NCBI GenBank assembly: GCA_030390025.1
Contig: CM059432.1
Coordinates: forward strand, 54,376,001 to 54,440,000
Length of the DNA: 64,000 nucleotides
Origin: Squalus acanthias
Lineage: Eukaryota
Reading direction: 5' to 3'
Shown: positions 1-9,373 of the stretch, piece after piece
Position numbering within the stretch: the stretch's first letter is position 1
How the letters are laid out: each line of letters begins with the position of its first letter
The notes under the pieces: generated by a model
What the model was told of the DNA's origin: nothing
Seen by the model: only the letters and a program-made list of their open reading frames with translations
The model's database searches: none
Translations under genes and position numbers: made by a program

Positions 1-348
1 GACTCTACCTAATCATATTGTGATTTTCCAAGTGCCCTGTTACCACGTCCTTAATAATAGATTCTAGTATTTTCCCTATTACTGATGTCAGGCTAACAGG
101 TCTATAGTTCCCTGTTTTCTCTCTCCCTCCTTTCTTGAACAGCGGGGTTATATTTGCTACCTTCCAAACCACAGGGACCATTCTAGAATCTAGGGAAATC
201 TAGAAGATCAAAACCAATGCATCAACTATCTCTGCAGCTACCTCTTTTAAAACCCTAGGGTGTAGGCCGTCAGGTCCAGGGGATTTGTCAGCTTTTAGTC
301 CCATTAGTTTCTTTAGTACTTTTTCTTTACTAATATTAATTACTTTAA

Positions 349-418
349 GGGGGAAATATTGGGTTGCTTTGCGCCTGGGGCGCTAACAGGAGGCACGAAG
401 CAACCCAATTTTTCCCTC
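349..418. mobile_element. 70-bp palindromic mini-MITE (Harbinger-like ends)
   Basis: Arms 349-376 and 391-418 are reverse complements at 24/28 positions around a 14-nt spacer; GGGGGAAATATTGG end resembles other Harbinger ends in the window; interrupts CR1 sequence. Confidence 0.6.
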
Positions 419-536
419 TTGTTCTTTGTGTCTTCTACTGTGAAGACAGACACAAAATATTTGTTTAACGTCTCTGGCATTTCCTTATTCAGAGGTCGCA
501 CAACACCAGGTTATAGTCCAACAGTTTTATTTGAAA

Positions 537-574
537 TCACAAGCTTTCGGAACTATCGCTCCTTCCTCAGGTGA
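537..574 (-). ncRNA. Mirror copy of the hammerhead ribozyme motif in the left inverted arm
   Basis: Reverse complement of 2427-2464. Confidence 0.83.
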
Positions 575-908
575 AGTAAATTGGATACAGAATCGTCAGA
601 GCATATATAGATGGAAAAAAAAGCATGTGTACTTTACAATTGCAGACCAATAAATTAAATCATCCTGACTATCTGCCGAGGTGTGATAAAGTTAATTAAG
701 TCAGCCAGGAAGGTACCACATCAAAAGACATAGCAAGATACAACTGAGACAATGAGGTGAAGTCGCAGGGGTTCTAACGTGTCAAAAGCTGCCGTCTGTA
801 TGTAAAACGAAAAGCTTTAAAAAAAAATTTACTTTTTTACTGGGAAAATTTTTACTTTTTTACTGGGAATCACATCTGTGAACAAGCTAACGACGACTCG
901 AGTCCGGA

Positions 909-1827
909 TCACGTCATGTATCGTGACATAAACCCAAGATCCCGATTGAGACCGTCTTCATGAGTGCAGAACTTGGCTATCAGTTTCTGCTCGATGATTT
1001 TGCGTTGTCGTGTGTTTCTAAGGTTGCCTTGGAGAACGCTTACCCGCAGATCCGAGGCTGAATGTCCTTGACTGCTGAAGTGTTCCCCGACTGGGAGGTA
1101 ACAATCCTGCCTGGCGATTGTTGCGCGGTGCTCGTTCATACGTTGTCTCAGTGTCTGCATGGTCTCGCCGATGTACCATGCCGCGGTGCATTCTTTCCTG
1201 CAACGTATGAGGTAGACAACGTTGGCCGAGTCACATGAGTATGTACCATGTACCTGGTGGGTAGTGTCCTCACGTGTGATGGTGGTATCTGTGTTGATGA
1301 TCTGGCATGTCTTGCAGAGTTTGCCATGGCAGGGTTGTGTGGTGTCGTGGTCGCTGTTATCCTGAAAGCTGGGTAATTTGCTGCGAACGATGGTACTTCT
1401 GAGGTTAGGCGGCTGTTTGAAGGCAAGTAGTGGAGGCGTGGGGATGGCCTTAGCGAGGTGTTTGTCGTCATCGATGACATGTTGAAGGCTGCGAAGAACA
1501 TGTCGTAGTTTCTCCGCTCCGGGGAAGTACTGGACGACGTAGGGTACCCTGTTGGTTGTGTCCCGTGTTTGCCTTCTGAGGAGGTCTATGCGATTTTTCG
1601 CTGTGGCCCGTCGGAACTGTCGATCGATGAGTCGAGCGTCATATCCCGTTCTTACGAGGGCGTTTTTCAGCGTCCGTAGGTGTCCATCGCGTTCCTCCTC
1701 GTCTGAGCAGATCCTGTGTATTCGCAGGGCTTGTCCATAGGGGATGGCTTCTTTAACATGGTTAGGGTGGAAGCTGGAGAAGTGGAGCATCGTGAGGTTG
1801 TCCGTGGGCTTGCGGTAGAGTGAAGTG
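909..1827 (-). CDS. Penelope ORF C-terminal part: end of RT/thumb-linker plus GIY-YIG endonuclease (5'-truncated, open frame)
   Basis: TSLYRKPTD...SFHPNHVKEAIPYGQALRIHRICS linker, CxxC motif (CKTC), NVVYLIRC...YIGET...LRQRMNEH...E...GLN GIY-YIG signature; the N-terminal MLRGARS... of the listed ORF is read-through from the inverted arm. Confidence 0.88.
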
Positions 1828-2426
1828 CATCGGCGAGACCATGCAGACACTGAGACAACGTATGAACGAGCACCGCGCAACAATCGCCAGGCAGGATTGT
1901 TACCTCCCAGTCGGGGAACACTTCAGCAGTCAAGGACATTCAGCCTCGGATCTGCGGGTAAGCGTTCTCCAAGGCAACCTTAGAAACACACGACAACGCA
2001 AAATCATCGAGCAGAAACTGATAGCCAAGTTCTGCACTCATGAAGACGGTCTCAATCGGGATCTTGGGTTTATGTCACGATACATGACGTGATCCGGACT
2101 CGAGTCGTCGTTAGCTTGTTCACAGATGTGATTCCCAGTAAAAAAGTAAAAATTTTCCCAGTAAAAAAGTAAATTTTTTTTTAAAGCTTTTCGTTTTACA
2201 TACAGACGGCAGCTTTTGACACGTTAGAACCCCTGCGACTTCACCTCATTGTCTCAGTTGTATCTTGCTATGTCTTTTGATGTGGTACCTTCCTGGCTGA
2301 CTTAATTAACTTTATCACACCTCGGCAGATAGTCAGGATGATTTAATTTATTGGTCTGCAATTGTAAAGTACACATGCTTTTTTTTCCATCTATATATGC
2401 TCTGACGATTCTGTATCCAATTTACT

Positions 2427-2464
2427 TCACCTGAGGAAGGAGCGATAGTTCCGAAAGCTTGTGA
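2427..2464 (+). ncRNA. Minimal type-I hammerhead ribozyme motif in the Penelope 3' repeat
   Basis: TCAC CTGAGGA A GGAGC-GATA-GTTCC GAAA GCTT GTGA: stem I TCAC/GTGA, CUGANGA core, stem II, GAAA, palindromic loopless stem III typical of PLE hammerheads. Confidence 0.85.
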
Positions 2465-2766
2465 TTTCAAATAAAACTGTTGGACTATAACCTGGTGTTG
2501 TGCGACCTCTCAATTTTGTCCACCCCAGTCCAACACCGGCATCTCCGCATCATTTCCTTATTCACCATTATAATTTCTCCTGTCTCTGTCTCTAAGGGAC
2601 CCATGTTTACTTTTGCTAATCTCTTCCTTTTTACATACCTGTAAAATCTCTTACAATCTGTTTTTATACTACCTAAATAGTGGATGATCCAATGTGTCTG
2701 AGCCATTTTCTCTCTAGCTAGAGGATAGTATATGGTGTAGCACTGTCATTCTCCAATATCACTTAC

Positions 2767-2854
2767 ATACACCTCCAATTGTGTGGCTCAAGAGCAATAC
2801 ATGGTAGAGCTTTTGGGGACAGGTTTGTCTGCTCAATCTCCCAGCTGCACAATG
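2767..2854 (-). other. Candidate 88-nt internal exon of an unidentified minus-strand transcript
   Basis: Minus strand: pyrimidine tract and acceptor TTTTATTTCTGTCTCCCTCTTGCAG, perfect donor GTAAGT at 2761-2766; two frames open; lies in apparently unique DNA; peptide not recognised. Confidence 0.3.
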
Positions 2855-3279
2855 CTGCAAGAGGGAGACAGAAATAAAATTACATTTTTAACAACTAAAA
2901 GTTTTGTTAACCCTTAGCATGCTGCAGCTGAGCTTATTCATTTGTTGTCAGCCATTTCTTTTCTGACATAAAAATACATAATCTTCGATTTAACAGTACA
3001 ATCTCAACTCTACTAGTTTTCAATGGCCTAAAATGTGGCATCTGACCAAACCTATTTTTCTAAAAGTTAATCCCACCCACAAAACAGAGAATGGCAACTA
3101 GGATAACAAAGAAAAGAAGTAACTAAAGAGTTACTTCTTGGAGAAATAAGATACAGAAAAAATAATACTTGGTTGAAAATAATTAACATTAAAGGGCAAA
3201 GATAACGGGTGAGTGCTGAGTGAGCAGAAGTGTTTGAAATGTTTTATTTTTATTTTCAATATATCTTTCATGAATTTAT

Positions 3280-4883
3280 GGCCGGAATTTTGCCTACCTG
3301 GGTTCAGGCGGTGTCCGTGGCGGGTCGCGACCCCACTGCTGGCTCCATCCCACTGTTGAAAATGAACTTACCTTAATGCGGCCTATTAAGCCCACCCAGC
3401 GCGTTACCCGGTCTAATGAGATGGAGTGGGTCTGGTGACGTCATTCATGACACATTTTCAGCTGGGATCTTTAAAGGGACCATGGCCACATTAGATTTAA
3501 AGTTTAATCTAACATAGTGTTGGAGTGCTACAAACACTGACAATGACTGCACAGAGGCAGAGGGCTGCACCCAGGTTTTCCGATAACTCCCTCCATATGC
3601 CTATGGAGGGAGTCAGAGCACGCAGGGAGGTCCTCTTCCCTTCCAATGGGTGGAAGAGACCTCCCCAGGAGACCAAGACAGCCTGGTTACAGATTGCAAA
3701 AGAGGTCACAAGCAAGGATGTTGTCAGGAGGACCTGGTTGCTGTGCCGCAAACATTTAAATGATCTCATTAGATCAGGAAACATTAGTACAAAGCCACAC
3801 TGGATTTGGGGCTCATCGTGGTCCAATTCTGAGGACCAAGGTGAGACAGTATAAACCGCACCCATGTTGATGGAATAGATGGCAGGTGAAGTACAGATGA
3901 GAGAGTTCTTCCAATGAGGTGACACTTGATGGAGACTTTGCTGGAAACACTTGCAGCCTGCAGAATCTTGCTGTGCCTCTCATCACATCCCCATCACTCT
4001 GCCTTCCCTACCCTACTCCTGCACATCCTTACTCACACCAACATACCTTGCACCTCCACCCATCCCTCTCTCTCTCTATCTACATTATCATATCCCCATC
4101 TCACTTGTCACCCCTCACACTCACCCTCATCCTAGTGCAATCATACCAACTAACAACACACAAGGGTAGCCACTTGGGTGTTTTATCCAATGTTGATGTA
4201 AAGTTTCTGTTAATGTGCTGTCAAACATAAAAATCTTTATTTTCAACACTTTCCGGTCTTGGACAGATTTGTGTGCACCTTTGGAAGTGGCTTAGTGAGT
4301 TGCACTGAATGGGGAGATATAATGGTACCCCCCCACAATGGTGTTGAGAGTGAAAGAAATGGCTTGGTCATTGTAGTGATGCTTTAAGGTGTTGGTGTGG
4401 GGTGGTGCCAACCTGGCGCATCATGTGGCAGCCTTATGGGTGTACAGCTGGAAATGGTCTGAGCAACAGCTTCTGCCTGAAGAAAGTGATCATCTGTCAG
4501 GTGGAGCTTTTACTGTACATTTGATGCTGTCAAGTAATCAGCTGGAGCAATGACCACGGAACTCCCGCCTCAGGTTGACAGACGTGGTTCCCGAGCTGCG
4601 GTATACGCCTGACCATGCAGGGAAATTTAAAAAGTAAGTGAAAAAAGGCTCTTAAGTGCCTGTAAACTACCTGATAATGATTTTGATTGGGTTGTCCTCC
4701 GCTGCAGGTCAGTGAGCATCTTACATAGTATTACTTTGTTCATTGAAGACGTCACAGGTGCTGTGGTGGGAATGGTAAGCAGCCTACAGGGCAGACAGTG
4801 ATCTGCAGAGCAGGATTGTGGCTGTCGCTCCAGGGACAGGCCTGTGTACCAAGCCCACAGCGGCCTGGGCCCAAATATCACCC
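3280..4883 (+). mobile_element. Non-autonomous Harbinger derivative retaining the Myb/SANT exon
   Basis: Starts GGCCGGAATTTTGCC; Myb-like exon; internal blocks are reverse-complement relatives of 15824-17575 and 23473-24760; right end approximate. Confidence 0.7.
3525..3778 (+). pseudogene. Harbinger Myb/SANT-like (trihelix) DNA-binding protein exon
   Basis: RAAPRFSDNSL...RREVLFPS...AWLQIAKEV...RRTWLLCRKHLNDL matches the Myb/SANT-like domain pattern of Harbinger accessory proteins. Confidence 0.8.
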
Positions 4884-6529
4884 AACATCAGACCCCACAT
4901 CAATATCATTAGCACTGTCACACGCCTCGCTGAGTCTTTGAAAAACTGAGCATTGCAAAGTCTTAATTTTTGTTTAGAATACAATAATTTTGCGCTTACC
5001 TAATACTGCAAATCACCCGCCAGAAACTCAAGAGCAGTACCCAAACATAGCAACATGGTGATAACAGGTAGGATTTTTAAAAAGTTTTTTGTAAAGCACT
5101 TTCAAATGCAGTAATATAGTTTTTTGTAAAGAGCTGTGACCTGCTGGGGATTAAATAAAGTCACTAATGAGGTTTATAAACCAACTGTCATACTAGATTG
5201 GTTTATGTTTGTAAAAAAATAGAAACATTGAAACAGATAGTAAGAGCTTCTACAGGTATATAAAAAGGAAGAGGGTAGCTAAAGTAAACATTGGTCCTTA
5301 GAGGATGAGACTGGGGAATTAATAATGGGGAACGGGGAAATGGCAGAGACGCTGAACAAATATTTTGTATCTGTCTTCACGGTAGAAGACACTAACAACA
5401 TCCCAATAATGGATAATCAAGGGGCCACAGGGAGGGGGGAACTAAAGATAATCACTATCATTAAGGAAATAGTACTTGGTAAAATAATGGGACTAAAATA
5501 TGAAAAGTCTTCTGGACCAGATGGCTTGCATCCCAGGGTCTTAAAAGAAGTGATTGCAGAGATAGTGGATGCATTGGTTGCAATATACAAAAATTCCCTG
5601 GACTCTGGAGAGGTCCCAGCAGATTGGAAAACCGCTAATGTAACACCCCTATTTAAGAAAGGAGGGAGACAGAAAGCAGGAAACTATAGAACAGTTAGCC
5701 TAAGATCTGTCATTGGGAAAATGCTGGAGGCCTTCATTAAGGAAGCAGTAGCAGGGCATTTGGAAAATCATAATGCAGTCAGGCAGAGTGAGCATGGTTT
5801 TATGAAAGGGAAATCATGTTTAACAAATTTGCTGGAGTTCTTTGAGTAACGAGCAGGGTGGACAAAGGTGAACCAGTGGATATGGTGTATTTGGATTTCC
5901 AGAAGGCATTCGATAAGGTGCCACATAAAAGGTTACTGCATAAGATAAGAGCTCACGGAATTGGGGGTAATATATTAGCATGGATAGGGAATTGACTAAC
6001 AGAAAGCAGAGAGTCGGGATAAATGGGTCATTTTCCGGTTGGCAAACGGTAACTAGTGGGGTGCCACAGGGATCGGTGCTGGGGCCTCAACTATTTACAA
6101 TCTACATTAATGACTTGGATGAAGGGACCGAGTGTAATATAGCCAAGTTTGCAGATGATACAAAGATGGGTGGGAAAGCAAGTTGTGCAAAGGACTCAAA
6201 GAACCTGCAAAGGGATATAGACAGGCTAAGTGAGTGGGCAAACATTTGGCAGATGGAGTATAATGTGGGAAAATGCGAGGTTATATACTTTGGCAGGAAA
6301 AATAAAAAAGCAAATTATTATTTAAATGGAGAGAGATTACAAAATGCTACAGTTCAGAGGGACCTGGGGGTCCTTGTGCATGAAACACAAAAAGTTAGCA
6401 TGCAGGTACATAAGTAATCAAAAAGGCAAATGGAATGTTGGCCTTTATTTCAAAGGGGTTGGAGTATAAAAGTAGGGAAGTCCTGCTACAACTGTGCAGG
6501 GTATTGGTGAGACCGCACCTTGAGTACTT

Positions 6530-7278
6530 CGTACGGCAATAGATTGGGAAAAGGGGAAGTGCAACGAGACCTGGGTGTCCTTGTGCACCAGTTGCTGAAG
6601 GTAAGCATGCAGGTGCAGCAGGCGGTTAAGAAAGCAAATGGTATGTTGGCCTTCATAGCGAGAGGATTCGAGTACAGGAGCAAGGATGTCTTGCTGCAGT
6701 TGTACAGGGCCTTGGTGAGACCACACCTGAGTACTGAGTGCAGTTTTGGTCACCTTATCTGAGGAAGGATGTTCTTGCCATGGAGGGAGTGCAGCGAAGA
6801 TTCACCAGACTGATACCTGGGATGGCAGGAATGACGTATGAAGAGAGATTGGGTCGATTAGGCTTATATTCGCTAGAGTTTAGAAGAATGAGAGGGGATC
6901 TCATTGAAACTTATAAAATTCTAACAGGACTAGACAGACTAGATGCAGGAAGGATGTTCCCGATGGCGGGGGAGTCCAGAACCAGGGGTCACTGTCTAAG
7001 GATAAGGAGTAAGCCATTTAGGACTGAGATGAGGAGGAATTTCTTCACCCAGAGAGTGGTGAACCTGTGGAATTCTCTACCACAGAAGGCAGTTGAGGCC
7101 AATTCATTAAATAGATTCAAGAAGGAGTTAGATATATTTCTTAAGGCTAAAGGGATCAAGAGATATGGGGAGAAAGCAGGGACAGGGTACTGAATTTGGA
7201 TGATCAGCCATGATCTCATTAAATGGCAGAACAGGCTCGAGGGGCCGAATGACCTACTCCTGCTCCTATCTTCTATGT
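6530..7278 (+). mobile_element. Nested 3' CR1 fragment (subfamily ending GEKAGTGY)
   Basis: Host CR1 breaks at GAGTACT and resumes GTACAGTTTTGG; near-identical to 12100-12840. Confidence 0.85.
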
Positions 7279-7647
7279 ACAGTTTTGGTCTCCTTATTTA
7301 AGGAAGGATATACTTGCATTGGAAGCAGTTCAGTGACAATTCACTAGGTTAATTCCAGAGATGAGTGGGTTGACTAATGAAGAAAGGTTGAGCAGGCTGG
7401 GCCTATACGCATTGGAATTTAGAAGAATGAAAGGTGATCTTATTGAAACATATAAGATACTGAGGGGGCTCGACAAGGTAGATGCAGAGAGGATGTTTCC
7501 CCTCGTGGGGAAATCAAGAACGTGGGGGCACAGTTTTAGAATAAAGGGTCGCCCTTTTAGAACTGAGATGAGGAGGAATTTCTTCTCTCAGAGGGTCGTA
7601 AATCTGTGGAATTCTCTGCCCCAGAGAGCTGTGGAGGCTGGGTCATT

Positions 7648-8349
7648 GGGCCAAAAATTCGGGCACTTGTCGGGTGAGTACGCACTGTGTACTCACCCGT
7701 AAGGCCTCCTGAAGTGCTGGTTTCCTGCATGCACTGCGCATGCACTGCGCATGCGCGGGAAACCGGAACTTCCGGTCATGTGAAGGGAGCAGTTCAGAGG
7801 TGAACTGCGTGCGCGGTAGAGGCTGCGCGCACGCAGCAAACATAGGTTTTTTTTCAGGTTTCTCCGGGAGGATAAGTATTGAAGAACCTGCGCTTTTAAA
7901 AAGGAGACGCAGGACCTGTTTTCAACAAGGTAAGTGGTTAATTAATTATAATTGAAATTTTTTTTTAAGGTTTATCTTTTTTAGATACTTTAAAGAAAGG
8001 TAAGTTTATTTTTAGCACTGTTAAAAAGTATTTTATTTAACTTATAGTTATTTTAAAAATGTGATGGTTTTTTAAAAAATGTATTTGAAGTTTAGCTGTT
8101 CTTTTGGGGCCAATTTCAATTCATAGATTTGACAGGTCTGCTGCCATTGGCTCTCCATGGCCCACGTGATCCCAGGGGACGCATCACACTAACTACGCCC
8201 CTGGGACACGCAAGCACTGCGTGCCGGCAGTTGGGGCAGGCCCAGGAGCTGAAGTCCCCGGGGGCCAGAAGCAGAACGGCAGACGCGGTAGGTAAGTGCG
8301 TGCGCGATCCTTACCCCCGCGGCAAGCCGGAGAGGTGAATTTCTGGGCC
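7648..8349. mobile_element. Harbinger-type MITE (702 bp)
   Basis: TIRs GGGCCAAAAATTC / GAATTTCTGGGCC; 3-bp TSD ATT (7645-7647, 8350-8352); removal restores CR1 GGTCATTAAATAC. Confidence 0.88.
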
Positions 8350-8708
8350 ATTAAATACATTTAAGGTGGAGATAGACAGATTTTTGCAAGATAAGGGAGT
8401 GAAGGGTTATGGGGCAGGGAAGTGGCTTTGAGCCTAAGATCAGCCATGATCTTATTGAATGGCGGAGCAGGCTCGAGGGGCCAAGTGGCCTATTCCTGCT
8501 CCTATTGCTTATGTTCTTATGTTCCCTCCGACAGGGCCTTCACACATACAGCAGGAGTCCATGGATATCACCGACGACGAATCCTCAAAGGAGTTGATTC
8601 CTTCTGAGGGTGCACTGTCACAGGACTCATGCTTACCATGCACCAGTTCAGATACTTGCACTTCGGTGGGTCCAGTTAGACAGATAGTTGGGTTTTTACC
8701 CGGTGACT

Positions 8709-9210
8709 CAAGGCCTGCATGGACACATTTGATTGCCACTATCGATGTTTCATGGAGTTGGCTACTCTAACCACGCAAGAAGACATCCTCGCAATGCCCT
8801 GCGATATCAATCCACTCATGCTTGAGGCGGAGCCCTTCATTCTCTCTGCATTGATGAACAGTGACTCAGATTTCACAAGTGAACAAGACAGACAGTGGTG
8901 GCAAGGACAGCTATGGAGAGTCACGTTGGAGGGCGCAGCCCTCTTAGAGCTCTGCTCATCTGGACATAAATGCGGTGCCCAGGGGCCACCAATGAAAAGG
9001 AGAATCGTCGATGAGTATAAGAAAATATGTGTTGTACTGACAGTCTTTCTAAGCACACTGTCCATCAATGCAAAGAGAATGAAGGGCTCCACCTCAAGCA
9101 TGAGTGGATTGATATCGCAGGGCATTGCGAGGATGTCTTCTTGCGTGGTTAGAGTGGCCAACTCCATGAAACATCGATAGTGGCAATCAAATGTGTCCAT
9201 GCAGGCCTTG
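8709..9210. repeat. 155-bp inverted duplication (8709-8863 vs 9056-9210)
   Basis: About 4 mismatches by eye; left copy flanked by GTGACTCA at 8703-8710 and 8861-8868. Confidence 0.9.
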
Positions 9211-9373
9211 ATCACAGCCATGCAGACTCTGGATGCCAACATATCTTCCGCCTAAAATAGGATGACAGGTATCTTAGCCTTGGGCTTACAGCGCGTCACT
9301 GATCCGCACCAAATTGCTCTCCAGCAGCAGCAGAGTGGTAGCAGTGAAGTGTGGTTAGCCCATGAGAGGGATG

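Larger units (their letters stand above)
491..2550. mobile_element. Penelope-like retroelement, 5'-truncated, with inverted 3' (pLTR) repeat
   Basis: TSD CATTTCCTTATTC at 478-490 and 2551-2563; arms 491-1173 and 1828-2510 are reverse complements (683 bp); GIY-YIG ORF; 40-bp extra tail 2511-2550 on one arm only. Confidence 0.93.
1..2672 (-). mobile_element. CR1 LINE ORF2 fragment (pieces 1-348, 419-490, 2551-2672) interrupted by a mini-hairpin element and a Penelope-like insertion
   Basis: Reverse complement resembles the CR1 ORF2 region seen elsewhere in the window (ORF 2485..2706- contains IKTDCKRFYRYVKRKRLAKVNMGPLETETGEIIM); sequence is continuous across the 13-bp TSD of the Penelope insert. 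Confidence 0.85.
5230..8525 (+). mobile_element. CR1 LINE, 5'-truncated RT region and 3' tail, with nested CR1 and MITE
   Basis: ORFs 5325..5849, 5980..6417 (GVPQGSVLGP, FADD) and 7361..; premature stops; (TATGTTC)-type tail near 8510-8525. Confidence 0.9.

Noticed and set aside
1820..2092. Separate plus-strand GIY-YIG gene
   Set aside because: It is the inverted duplicate of the Penelope ORF 3' end, and its start is created at the junction
8719..9242. Two overlapping opposite-strand ORFs with the same N-terminal peptide
   Set aside because: By-product of the 155-bp inverted duplication
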